Shown here piece by piece: positions 19,753 through 30,100 of a stretch of 64,000 nt of DNA. The notes under the pieces were generated by a model that did no database searches, had not been told where the DNA came from, and saw only the letters and a program-made list of their open reading frames with translations. Position 1 is the stretch's first letter; each line of letters starts with the position of its first letter. The position numbers and the translations under genes are program-made. This DNA is from Dehalococcoidia bacterium (GTDB lineage Bacteria; Chloroflexota; Dehalococcoidia; Lucifugimonadales; UBA3495), in assembly GCA_965219395.1 (NCBI GenBank), contig CBDCNN010000002.1, positions 2,247,547 to 2,311,546 on the forward strand, written 5' to 3'.

Positions 19753-20622
19753 TCAGTCGGGTGCTTGGCTTTGACGGGCCGCTTGCTGAACCAATTTGTG
19801 CGTTTCAAGCCTGAGACCTTCGGTGTTCCGGTTTTCCTCCTCGGCATTCTTTGCTTGGACACTGGCAAAGCGTTGTTGGAAGGCGGACCAACCTTGGCTC
19901 ACCTTGGTAGAGCGTTGAGCATTTCCCCACTTGACGCGAGGTCGTCGAGACTTAGCCAGGCTTTCTTCTGTCCTTCCGTAGAGGATCCCGCTGTTCGACT
20001 CATGGGAGTAATCTTGGTTCAGGGAGAGTAGTTGTCGGCTATCGATGGTTCCCCCATGAGCGATTAGGTTGGGTTCTGTTGCCCAGCTGTAAAACAATAT
20101 GCACCGGGTGCCGATCGGCAGCATTACTTGACTTCCGCGATTGAGGAGGCTGGGTCCTGCAGCACCTTCGTTGCTTCGAACTGCCAGCACTGGAGAATCA
20201 CCAATAATGAAACCGTCCCCTTCTGACGCAAAAATCGCCTGGAGTCCCATAAACTGGAGCATCGATTGAACTGCATAGTTCTGGCTACCCAAAGTGAGGG
20301 TCAGATAGTCGTGGTTGAATTGTTCGTCAATATATGATTCGAGGGTTCCAGGCTCAATGAATCCTCCCGCTAGTGCGAAGGCATCCTGGACAGATTCGCT
20401 TACGGCGTTGATCGCATCTTGCCGTGCGTTTCTTTCGTCGAAGCCGTTGTAGGGATCGTTCTGCAACAACGCAGCTATAAGGCGGTCAATTGCCATACGG
20501 TCCCGCAATGAAATGTCGAGTTTTCCTTTCCTGATACGCCATATGGGTCGAGTTGCCTCGTTTTCGATACTCTTCATTAATTCGTCGTCGCGGTTGCTCA
20601 ACAGTTCTTGTTTGGATGCCAC
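19753..20622 (-). CDS. DUF4238-like protein, 5' end cut by the IS1380 element
   Basis: ...LQAIFASEGDGFIIGDSPVLAV...VMLPIGTRCILFY... resembles the DUF4238 core. The expected N-terminal H-Y-x-P motif is missing. The reading frame runs straight into the IS1380 inverted repeat at 20632. Lower GC. Confidence 0.4.
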   Translation of the reverse strand: MASKQELLSNRDDELMKSIENEATRPIWRIRKGKLDISLRDRMAIDRLIAALLQNDPYNGFDERNARQDAINAVSESVQDAFALAGGFIEPGTLESYIDEQFNHDYLTLTLGSQNYAVQSMLQFMGLQAIFASEGDGFIIGDSPVLAVRSNEGAAGPSLLNRGSQVMLPIGTRCILFYSWATEPNLIAHGGTIDSRQLLSLNQDYSHESNSGILYGRTEESLAKSRRPRVKWGNAQRSTKVSQGWSAFQQRFASVQAKNAEEENRNTEGLRLETHKLVQQAARQSQAPD

Positions 20623-20631
20623 GTCTTCAAC

Positions 20632-22320
20632 CTTAGCCCGAATCCACCGATGGAGTGGGGACTAAAGGTGTGCTGAGAGCGTGAAGGGGTGCTCCTCCGA
20701 ATCTGGGATAATGGTTTTGTATCAAGAAACCGACCCCAGAGAGGGAGCACCTTTTGGATGCTACCACGTAATCATCCCGACCGCATCCAAGTCGCCTTCG
20801 ACGACCACCGTCTGGTGGCCAATGCCGGGCTGATGCTTCCGGCAACGTTGGCCCTCCACCTGGGTTTGAGTGAACTGGTTGACCGGCACCTGGACTTGGG
20901 CGACACCCCTGGCCGGGCTAACACCGGAGACAAGCTGATGACCCTGGTGGCCTCCGCCCTGGCTGGCGGCGACTGCATCGACGACGCCAACGTGTTGCGT
21001 GCTGGCGGCACGGCCGGTGTTCTGGGCTGTGTGGTCAAGGCACCGTCCACCCTGGGCACCTTCCTGCGCAGCTTCCGCTGGGGGCACGTGAGGCAGCTGG
21101 ACCGGGTGAGCCGGGAACTGTTGGCCCGGGCCTGGGCAACCGGCGACGGACCCGGCGACGGTCCGTTGACCATCGACCTGGACTCCACCATCTGCGAGAC
21201 CTACGGCCTGAGCAAGGAGGGAGCCCGCCAGCACGGCTACACCGGCCAGCGGGGTTATCACCCGCTGCTGGCCGTCGCGGCCGGAACCGGCGAGGTGCTG
21301 ATGGCCCGTCTCCGCGAGGGCCGGGCCAACACCGCCCGGGGCGCTGGCCATTTCCTGAGGGAGACGGTGAGCCGGGTACGCTACGCCGGGGCCAAGGGTC
21401 AACTCACGGTACGGGCCGACAGCGGCTTCTATAACCACGCCGTGGTCCAGGTCTGCCGCAAGACGGACGTCCGCTTCTTCATCACCGTCCGCCTGCGCCA
21501 GAACCTGCGGGACCTGATAGAGGCCATACCCGAGGCGGGCTGGAGGCCCATACCCTACTGGATGGAGGGCGCCGCCGATGTGGCTGAAACCACCTACACC
21601 CCCTTCGCGAGTGAGCCCGCCGCCGCGCCGGTACGGCTCATCGTCCGGCGGGTGAGGCCGACGCCCGGCTCCCAACTGGCTCTCTTCGCCACCTGCAGCT
21701 ATCACGGCTTCATCACCGGCCGGGACGGGGAGATGCTCGAACTGGAGGCTGCTCATCGCCGCCACGCCGAGATCGAGAATGCGATTCGCGACCTCAAGTA
21801 CGGCGTGGGGCTGAACCATCTCCCCTCGGGGCGCTTCGCCGCCAACGGTGCCTGGCTGGCGGTACAGGTGATGGCGCACAATCTGGCCCGCTGGACGGCC
21901 CGCATCGGCTTGGGTGAGCAGATTGTGACCACCAAGACGCTCAGACGACGGGTCTTCGCCCTGGTCGGACGGATCACCCGCCCGGCACGCCTGCTCACCC
22001 TGCATCTTCCCCGGCGCTGGCCGTGGCAGGAGCAGATCAGCCGTGCCCTGGCCCGATTGCGAGCTATTCCACTCCCGGCCTGACGCCACCGGATGCAACC
22101 AACTTGCCCATCAACCAATTGAATGTCCCCACCAACTCGCACCAACCAGGTCGGCGGGGGTTCTCTGCTGACTGCCGTCCCACGGTCTGTATTACCCAAG
22201 GCCACTCCGGGACACCACTGCCCCACTCTCCCGGCCAATGATTCCACCGTTGGCCCTCCCATCCCACTAATCTCCCACTCAAGAGACCATATGGCTCCCC
22301 ATCGGTGGATTTGGGCTTAG
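20632..22320 (+). mobile_element. IS1380-family element
   Basis: Terminal inverted repeats CTTAGCCCGAATCCACCGATGG (20632-20653) and CCATCGGTGGATTTGGGCTTAG (22299-22320). Single transposase ORF. Confidence 0.8.
20758..22083 (+). CDS. IS1380-family DDE transposase
   Basis: ...HRLVANAGLMLPATLALHLGL...TIDLDSTICETYG...GYHPLLAV...VRADSGFYNHAVV...HAEIENAIRDLKYGVGLNHLPSGRFAANGAWLAVQVMAHNL. Confidence 0.85.
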   Translation: MLPRNHPDRIQVAFDDHRLVANAGLMLPATLALHLGLSELVDRHLDLGDTPGRANTGDKLMTLVASALAGGDCIDDANVLRAGGTAGVLGCVVKAPSTLGTFLRSFRWGHVRQLDRVSRELLARAWATGDGPGDGPLTIDLDSTICETYGLSKEGARQHGYTGQRGYHPLLAVAAGTGEVLMARLREGRANTARGAGHFLRETVSRVRYAGAKGQLTVRADSGFYNHAVVQVCRKTDVRFFITVRLRQNLRDLIEAIPEAGWRPIPYWMEGAADVAETTYTPFASEPAAAPVRLIVRRVRPTPGSQLALFATCSYHGFITGRDGEMLELEAAHRRHAEIENAIRDLKYGVGLNHLPSGRFAANGAWLAVQVMAHNLARWTARIGLGEQIVTTKTLRRRVFALVGRITRPARLLTLHLPRRWPWQEQISRALARLRAIPLPA

Positions 22321-22321
22321 C

Positions 22322-22360
22322 CCCGTTAGCGTTACATTCAAGGCCGGTAACGTTAACGGG
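22322..22360. promoter_or_regulatory. 14-bp inverted repeat (13/14) with 11-nt spacer immediately upstream of the Cys-rich gene
   Basis: CCCGTTAGCGTTAC (22322-22335) / GTAACGTTAACGGG (22347-22360), ending 10 nt before ATG 22371. Operator or RNA hairpin; function unknown. Confidence 0.3.
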
Positions 22361-22370
22361 AGTACCGCCC

Positions 22371-22808
22371 ATGACCATGCCCCTCCCATGCGTGAACTGC
22401 CTTGAACCCTACCAGCCATTAAGGTCGACCTCAAAATTCTGCAGCAGCAACTGTCGCCAGCAGTGGCATCGGAAACAAAAGAAAATCCCTGGAACCGAAG
22501 CCAACGCCACTGCCGCCATCAAAGCTGAAATTTCATCGGTGTATAAGATTGTCCACACCTTCACCGAGAAATTCAGCTTAAAGGACTTGGCCTTGGCCGA
22601 TACTGGTCCACTGGAGGATGCGCTTGAGGAGTTGACTGCTCTATTCAACTGCGAAATGTGTGATGAGAGACGCGCCGACGGATGGGATAACATCGAACTC
22701 TGCCGCCGTTGCGAAATCCAGACCTTTGAGCTTGTCTGCTGGCAATGTGAGAAGCGACGGCCATCGGTCAATTCCGACGACCGGCTTTGCCGACAGTGTA
22801 TGAGCTGA
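22371..22808 (+). CDS. hypothetical Cys-rich protein (two CxxC...CxxC zinc-ribbon-like clusters)
   Basis: MTMPLPCVNCLEPYQ...FCSSNCRQQWH ... CEMCDERR...CRRCEIQTFELVCWQCEKRR...CRQCMS. Lower GC. Confidence 0.5.
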   Translation: MTMPLPCVNCLEPYQPLRSTSKFCSSNCRQQWHRKQKKIPGTEANATAAIKAEISSVYKIVHTFTEKFSLKDLALADTGPLEDALEELTALFNCEMCDERRADGWDNIELCRRCEIQTFELVCWQCEKRRPSVNSDDRLCRQCMS

Positions 22809-22824
22809 ATGTCCATAGGCCCTA

Positions 22825-22858
22825 AACCAAAGCCAAGGTGAAATGCACAGACGCATGG
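22825..22858 (+). mobile_element. IS630-family B-type remnant, part 1 (left end, split by IS66 insertion)
   Basis: TA then AACCAAAGCCAAGGTGAAATGCACAGACGCATGG, matching the first 34 nt of the B copies. Confidence 0.8.
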
Positions 22859-24345
22859 GTAACTGTTCAGACTTGGTGGGTCGAATTGGTCGAAAGTTGC
22901 CGAAAGAGCAAAGGTGGACAGTTTTGCGGTTATGTTAAACCTGCAGCATGGACACGAGCCTTGACCTTACGGCCGCTCCCCGTGAAGTCCTGCTGGCGAT
23001 CATCGCCCAACAGCAGGCTGCTATTTTGGAGTTGCAGGCTACAGTTACGACACAGCAGGCGGTCATCGTCCAGTTGCAGCGGCGGATTGAGACTTTGGAA
23101 GGAAAGGCCAAGCCCGGCGGCCCCCGGGGAATGCCTGGGGTCAAGCCTCAATCGGGCCAGCGACCCCCCCAGGGAGAAACAAAACAGGAATCCAAGGCCC
23201 CACGGCTTCGCCCGCCAGCGCATGACGCCAGCCCAGCGGGTGGAGCATGTGCTGGAACAGTGTCCCGGCTGCGGCACCGGGCTGTCGGGCGGCTGGACCC
23301 AGCGCACCCGGGAGGTCATCGACCTGCCCCTGGTTCCGGTGCAGGTTACTGAGCACGTCTATGTGGCCCGCACCTGTCCTCTGTGCCAGCGCTGCTGCGT
23401 GCCGTCGGCGCAACTGGAGGGCGTGGTGCTGGGAAAGCAACGCCTGGGGGTCAACCTGGTCAGCCTGATTGCTGCCCTCAGGGAGGAGGCCCGGCTGCCC
23501 TGGCGCACCATCCAGTGGTACCTGGGCACGGTGCACGGGCTGCACCTCAGCCTGGGGGCCCTGGTGGACGCTGCAGGTAAAGTGGCTGGCAGAGCCCAGA
23601 GCGAACTGGCGGGCATTGTGGAACGCATCCGGGGCAGTCCGGTGGTCCACGCCGATGAGACGGGCTGGCGGGAGGACGGACACAACGGCTACGTGTGGAC
23701 CTTCAGTACGCCCACCCAGCGATACTTCCTGCGGCGGGGACGGGGCAAGGGCGTGGTGGATGAGGTCCTGGGCGAGGAGTTTGCCGGCGTGCTGGTCAGC
23801 GACTTCTACGCCGCTTACCACCACTATGACGGTCCCAAGCAACGCTGCTGGGCCCACCTGCTGCGGGACATCCACGACCTGCGCGTCCTCTACCCCAAGG
23901 ATGACCGGCTGTCCCGGTGGGCTGGCGCGGTACACCAACTCTACCGGCAGGCCGTGGCTTTTGCCCATCCGCCGGAGAAACAACCAGACAAACAACGCCG
24001 CACCGCCCAACTGGCCTTGGAAAGACGCCTGCTGGCGCTCTGCCGTCCCTTCCTGGATGACTCACTGGCGGTCCAGGCCAGGTTGTGCCGGCGCGTGGAG
24101 AGGCACATCAAGGAACTCTTCGTCTTCGTGGCCCACCCGGAGGTGCCGCCGGATAACAACGCCGCCGAGCGCAGCCTGCGCCCGCTGGTGGTCAGCCGCA
24201 AGATAAGCGGAGGCACGCGCTCGGAGCGGGGCACCGACACCAAGATGACGCTGGCTTCCCTTTTCGGCACCTGGCGGGCCCAGGGACTAAACTCCCTCCT
24301 GGCCTGCCGCGAACTCCTCGTTTCCCCTCAAGTCTGAACTGTTAC
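22859..24345 (+). mobile_element. IS66-family element (single-ORF type)
   Basis: Inverted repeats GTAACTGTTCAGACTTG (22859-) and CAAGTCTGAACTGTTAC (-24345). Perfect 8-bp direct repeat ACGCATGG at 22851-22858 and 24346-24353. Confidence 0.85.
22948..24337 (+). pseudogene. IS66-family transposase with a +1 frame change in a C7 run (23164-23170)
   Basis: N-terminal coiled coil MDTSLDLTAAPREVLLAIIAQQQAAILELQATV... (frame of 22948). After the C7 run it continues as REKQNRNPRPHGF...VEHVLEQCPGCGTGL...VHADETGWRE...LVSDFYAAYHHY...CWAHLLRD...NNAAERSLRP (frame of 22838-24337). Confidence 0.8.
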
Positions 24346-24438
24346 ACGCATGGGGGTGAATTTGTGCAGGAACCGGGTTAGCCGGTGTCGGGATTTGCGA
24401 GGGATGATGATGGGAGTTAGGGAGATTGACCGGTTTCT
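24346..24438 (+). mobile_element. IS630-family B-type remnant, part 2 (truncated after about 130 nt of the element)
   Basis: ACGCATGGGGGTGAATTTGTGCAGG...GGGAGTTAGGGAGATTGACCGGTTTCT parallels B copies up to the start of orfA, then homology stops. Confidence 0.7.
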
Positions 24439-24551
24439 AAGCTGGACTTTGTACATTTAAACGGCATAAGTCAGCGACTTGATAAGGGGGGAGTAAAACG
24501 CGGCGGGGGCTTTTTCACTGTCGGCGTCCGAACCTGACAGTCAAAAAAGTT

Positions 24552-25981
24552 CCCTAGTACTACGGTCGCAGATAGCAGTTGGTAGAATGGAGCTACTCTT
24601 GGGAGTGGGTGAGGTGAGGGGATGGCAACGGATAGTGGCGAGGTCTTGGAGGTGGCCCGGTGGGCTGAGGGTATTGAGAGGATTCATGGGTGTATTGCGG
24701 GGAGGTTTCACCGTTCGGAACCGCGCCGACGGGCGTTGGAGTATCTGAAGGGACTGATTTCTCCGGTGGAGCGCAAGAACGGCTGGCAGTTGGCGGAACA
24801 GGCCGGAGACGCCACTCCCGACGGAGTGCAGCGCCTTTTGTACAACTACCGGTGGGACGCAAACCTCGTTCGGGATGACCTTGTGGGCTATGTCGTGGAA
24901 CATCTGGGCGATGCCGACGCCGTTGTGGTGGTGGACGAGACAGGATTCCTCAAGAAGGGTAATAAGTCCGTTGGGGTGCAGCGGCAGTACAGCGGCACGG
25001 CGGGCCGGATCGAAAACTGCCAGGTTGGCGTGTTCCTGGCCTATGCGGGAGCCAAGGGCAGAACCCTGCTGGACCGGGAACTTTACCTGCCCCGGGTGTG
25101 GGCGGAGGATGGGGAGAGGCGGCGGGAGGCTGGAGTGCCGGAGGACGCGGTATTCCGGACCAAGGGGCAACTGGCGCAGGTGATGCTGGAGCGGGCGGTT
25201 GAGTCAGACGTGCCCTTTGGCTGGTTCACCGGGGACGAGGTCTACGGCAGCGACCGCAAGTTGCGGTTGTGGCTGGAGCGTCAGGGGGTGGCCCACGTGC
25301 TGGCAATCAAGACCAATGAGAGGCTGTGGGCCTGGGCGGAAAAGGGGCCCCTCCAGGTGAGAGCGGACCGGCTGGCGTCGCAGGTTGAGGAATCGGAATG
25401 GATCCGGCGCAGTGCTGGCGACGGAACCAAAGGGCCCAGGATATACGACTGGACTGCCGTGGAGATACGTCCCCTGCGGGAGCCGGGCAAAGGCCACTGG
25501 CTGCTGGCACGGCGCAGCATCGCCAACCCGGGGGAGTTGGCCTATTACGTCTGCTTCGGCCCAGCGGAGACGGCCTTGGAGGAACTGGTGAGGGTCGCGG
25601 GAACCCGCTGGGCCATAGAGGAGTGCTTTGAGGAGGCCAAGGGACAGGTGGGTCTGGACCAGTACGAGGTGCGCAGATGGGATGGCTGGTACCGGCACAT
25701 CACCTTGGCAATGCTGGCCCACGCCTATCTGGCGGTGGTCCGGCATGGGGCGAATGCGCTTTGCAGCGGCAAAAAGGGGGAGAACCGGAGTGGGATGAAA
25801 CCATGATACCGCTGACAGTTCCCGAGGTGCGCCGGTTGCTATACCACCTGATCTGGGAGTCCACGCCCACGGCGAAATCGGTACTGGAGTGGTCCCGCTG
25901 GAGGAGGCGCCATCAGGCCAGAGCGCGCATCTGCCATTACAAACGACGCCTCACCCTGCATCTGCGACTGTAGTACTAGGG
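24552..25981 (+). mobile_element. IS701-family element
   Basis: Inverted repeats CCCTAGTACTACGGTCGCAGAT (24552-24573) and ATCTGCGACTGTAGTACTAGGG (25960-25981), 21 of 22 matched. Confidence 0.8.
24622..25973 (+). pseudogene. IS701-family DDE transposase, frame change near 25775-25805
   Basis: ...VVVDETGFLKKGNKSVGVQRQYSGTAGRIENCQVGVFLAY...FTGDEVYG...TRWAIEECFEEAKGQVGLDQYEVRRW.... The C-terminal ...PLTVPEVRRLLYHLIW...WSRWRRRHQARARICHY lies in ORF 25677-25973 (different frame; A6G5 run at the junction). Confidence 0.75.
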
Positions 25982-25982
25982 A

Positions 25983-26135
25983 GTACGGCAAGCCACACCG
26001 GCAGGCAAAGGGACTGACCAAGGATGCTCTGGCCGTGATGGAGGCAACGGCCCGGACCCAGCGGGTGTATCAAGGCGAATGCCGGAGGAAGGAAACTGAG
26101 GCCGCCGCCATTGACAGTCAGGAAGACCATCGGAG
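25983..26135 (+). pseudogene. possible internal fragment of a tyrosine recombinase
   Basis: Hand translation YGKPHRQAKGLTKDALAVMEATARTQRVYQGECRRKETEAAAIDSQ.... Weak resemblance to the N-terminal/core-binding region of the family represented at 17800-18064. Confidence 0.3.
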
Positions 26136-26189
26136 AATTGTAGTTATAGGGTAATCCTCAAACCGAAAAACCGAAGCTTGGGGAGTGGC

Positions 26190-26330
26190 CGCCGCCAGGT
26201 ACAAGGGCACCCCGTTGGGCCACCGTCTCCTCGCCCCTCACCGCCTTCCAGGCTACCTGGGCCTTGAAGGCAGGGCTGTGTTCCCTACGTATCTGGGAGA
26301 TTCTCCGCTCCTCATTGGCAGCAACTTCAA
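26190..26330 (-). pseudogene. IS3-family OrfA N-terminal remnant
   Basis: Minus-strand translation ...RREHSPAFKAQVAWKAVRGEETVAQ... parallels RRKHSPAFKAKVALEAVKGE at 12700. Confidence 0.45.
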
Positions 26331-27152
26331 TTTAATGGCAGGGCTCTCGCTTAGCTGTTTGTACGGTTCCCTGAGTTCATCTCACCACCCTCAGGCAACT
26401 CGATTCCAAATTGCTACTTTTACGAAGGTTGGAGTTGCTGGCAACACAGCTCCCAGGCCCGACGGGCTGGGACTGCCAATGGGACTAAGCCCTTTCAGGC
26501 GGTAGGGAAGGTATCAGAGACGTGCCGGCCGCCACGGTGGGAACTCTTAATCGCCGGACAAACACTCGAGCGTCCTGCTGCTGTACCTTCATCTCTCAGA
26601 GGCATTTTCTTCACAACATGTCCCGGAGCACCCCCAGATTCCTTGCACATCTCTCAGGGTTTCTGCACGTAATGGCCAAAGACAGTGAGTTCTATGCACA
26701 CTATAGCATCAGGGTGTCGAAAATTTTTACTGTACAGACTTATGCTTGCACGTTTGTCATAATTGAAAGTGGCTATCTGCGTAAATGTTTTGCGAACGAC
26801 CTGTTCAGTATGTGACTGCATGAGGAGACGATCACCCAAGGGACGAAAGCGGCATCCAATGGACATTGCAGCATGGGTGGAGTTGGGTTTGCTGGAGCGC
26901 ATCTATGCAGTGCTGGTCGAAAGAGTGTGAGGGACTACATGCTGTGGAATGGGAATGGCTCTCTGCAGACTGCGCCGTGGGCAAAGCCTGTTTAGGGGAT
27001 TAAGTTGTCACCAAACTGACAGGCCGACCAGAGTAGGACAACAACTGTCGTTATAATCGAGGTCTTCAGAAGTTCGTGCATCGGAGACATGTGTGCGACG
27101 GGCGCAGGGAATTTGTTGCTAATGTGTTCAATCGGTGGAGGAACAGCGAGAG

Positions 27153-30100
27153 ATGAACAATCCGGCGTCGAAGGTTCGCCCATCAAGATTGGCGCCTGCG
27201 AATCTACTTTGGGCCTTAGCGTTCCTAGTGTCCATAACAATTATAGTTGGAGTGGCATGGCCTAGAACACTGGGCGCTCAAAATGAGCTCCGTCTGGACC
27301 GCTCGTCTCTGGCCGTCACCTCCCAGACTAGCACCACCGTCGGTTTTGGAGCCATTGACACCGCCTCCATCTCTTATTCGGGCAGCATCGACAGGACAAA
27401 CGCTGGTGCGCCAGCCTCATCCGCCCAAGGTAGCGCCCCGGACACCCCGGACCAGCCCACGGGAACTGCGGTCTTCATCGGGGGCGTTGATTTAGAGTGG
27501 AACGATGTACATGAGGCCGATTCCTACGACGTTCAGCTGTACCGGAACGGCCAATGGAATGATCTTCCGGGGGACGGCGTTGAGATAGCGTTCTACGGGG
27601 CAGGAGCCATCATCAGCGGCCTGGATCCAGGCTCCTCGTTGTGGTTCCAGGTGCGTGCAAGAAACGCTCGCGGTTCCTCGGATTGGTCCAATTTCGTATC
27701 CTTGCCCTCCACCAATCAGTTTGAGGCGGGCCGCCGCGCTAGGCCGGACAACGTGACGGCTAGCGGCGCGCCTTCCGTCAATGGCACACCGCAAGTCGGT
27801 GAGACCCTCACTGCAGATACGACGGGCATTTCGGACGGAAACGGTCTGGACCGGGTGCAGTTCCGGTTTCAATGGGTGTCAAACGATGGGAGCCAGGACA
27901 CTGACATCGCGAGCGCGACGGGCTCCAGCTACACTTTGTCAGCCAATGATGAGGGCAGGACCATCAAGGTCAGGGTTACCTTCACCGACCGGGGCGGGTA
28001 CGCAGAGTTGCTGACCAGTTCGGCCACGGAAGTGGTGGGACCATTCTCCAACAGGGTGGCTACCGGCGCGCCGGTCATTACCGGGACTGCGCAGGTGGCT
28101 AACTCGCTGACGGCGGACACTTCGAATATCGCCGACGTCGATGGGCTCGCGAACGTCTCCTACGGTTACCAGTGGATTTCCAACGATGGAAGTTCTGACA
28201 CGGACATCCAGAATGCCACGGGGTCCAGCTACACGGTGGCAGCCGCGGACGAGGGCAACACCATCAAGGTGCGGGTGTCCTTCACCGACGACGCGGGGAA
28301 CGATGAGAGCCTGACCAGTTCAGCGACGGCAGCGGTCGCGTCCCAGGCCCAGGCCGAGCCCGTAAGCTTTATTACCGTCGAGGTTACGTGGCACAGAACA
28401 CTTCGCGGGTTCCAAATAATCGCCGTCACCTGGACCGATGTCGACGATTGCTCCACCGACTACAACGCTTACTTGCGTTATATAGGAGACCTCGATGAAG
28501 TAGTTCACCTGGGTTCGGCAACCTCCAGCGGCACTGAGATAACTAAAGTGTTCGACGTCCTGCAAGACCATATAGATGAGGACGATATAGATGGGTTCTG
28601 GGCGGATCTGTACTGCGGAACGGACGTAGCCGGCCGATGGGTCTCGGAGGTCTACATGCCCTATGCAGCACACAAGCTCGTCAGGGGCACCTACTCTTCG
28701 GAGCCTCCACTGAGCGGGCTGAGCGTCGGCCATGGCACATTGAGTCCCAGTTTCGGGAGATACGAATTAAGCTACAACGTCCCGGACGTCGCCAACGACG
28801 TCACCCGGACAACCATCACCGCAACCCCAAAGACAGACTACTTTGTCAAGTTCTATGAGTCATCGGGAAGTTGGACATCTTCCAGTTCGTCTCGCGACGT
28901 CCCCGACCTCCCAACACCCAACGCCGATTGTAATCGTCGAACCACCGATGGCCTGGGCCCCATGCCCGAACTGGCCGACGCGGATCCCAACACGCCCGGC
29001 TTCCAGGTGGACCTGTATGACGGTGTGAATCACATAACCATCTATGTATACCCGATCGACTACTGCGATCCGGGTTCGGGATATGACCTTGGGATCACCC
29101 GAGCCGAGGGGAGCGTGTCCCTGGTTCGACCCAACAGATCTCCCATAGGCAGCATAGCGATCGAACCAAATTACACCGGTTCCAACTATGGGGCGTGTAT
29201 CGGGTGCACCATGAGTGCAGTTGATTACAGTATCAACGACCGTGACGGTCTGACCGACGCGACCTTCAGCTACCAGTGGCTTGCTGACGACGTCGAGATA
29301 CCGGGGGCGACCAGTTCTAGTTACACGGCGGCATCCGCAGACGAGGGCAAGGCCATCAAGGTGCGGGTGCCTTTCACTGACGATAGAGGCACCGATGAGA
29401 CTCTGACCAGTTCAGCGACGGCGGCGGTGACTTCCAACAGCGTAGCTACCGGGGCGCCCAGCATCACCGGGACAGTGCGGATCGGGAACACGCTGACCGC
29501 GGACACCTCCGACATCGCCGACGCTGACGGACTGGTCAGCGCTTCCTACAGTTATCAGTGGATTTCCAACGACGGGAGCTCTGACACGGAGATCGAGGAC
29601 GCCACGGGGTCCAGCTACACGGTGGTAGCCGCCGACGAGGGCAACACGATCAGAGTGCGGGTGTCCTTCACGGATGACGCAGGCAATGGTGAGACTCTGA
29701 CCAGTTCAGCGACGGCGGAGGCTACTTACAACAGCGCAGCTACGGGGGCGCCCCGTGTCGTCGGGGTAGGGCGGGTCGGGAACACGCTCACCGTGGACAC
29801 CTTCCGCATCGCCGACGCCAACGGACTGGTCAACGTCTTCTACAGTTATCAGTGGATTTCCAACGATGGAAGTTCTGACACGGACATCGAGGGGGCCACG
29901 GGATCCAGCTACACGCTGGTAGCCGCCGACGGTGGCAACAAAATCAAGGTGCGGGTGTCCTTCACCGACGACGCGGGGTATGACGAGACTCTGACCAGCG
30001 CGGCGTTCGGGCGCGTGACCAGCATCAGACCCACAGGGTCCGTAAGCTCTATTACCGTCGTGGTTACGGAGGATACATCGGACCCCAACAACGTGATGAC

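Noticed and set aside
20761-22098. 445-aa minus-strand ORF
   Set aside because: Fully antisense to the IS1380 transposase. This is a typical GC-rich shadow ORF.
22321-22378. Sequence right of IS1380 as the missing 5' part of the DUF4238-like gene
   Set aside because: Joining the flanks happens to stay in frame (ECNANG|VEDVASK). However, there is no target-site duplication (AACC versus CCCC), the translated piece lacks the DUF4238 N-terminal motif, and the region is better explained as the upstream region of the Cys-rich gene.
26820-26995. Possible IS4/IS5-like transposase relic upstream of the giant gene (…WVELGLLERIYAVLVER… / …DWEWLSADCAVGKA…)
   Set aside because: Too short and too frame-broken to assign by eye, so it was left unannotated.
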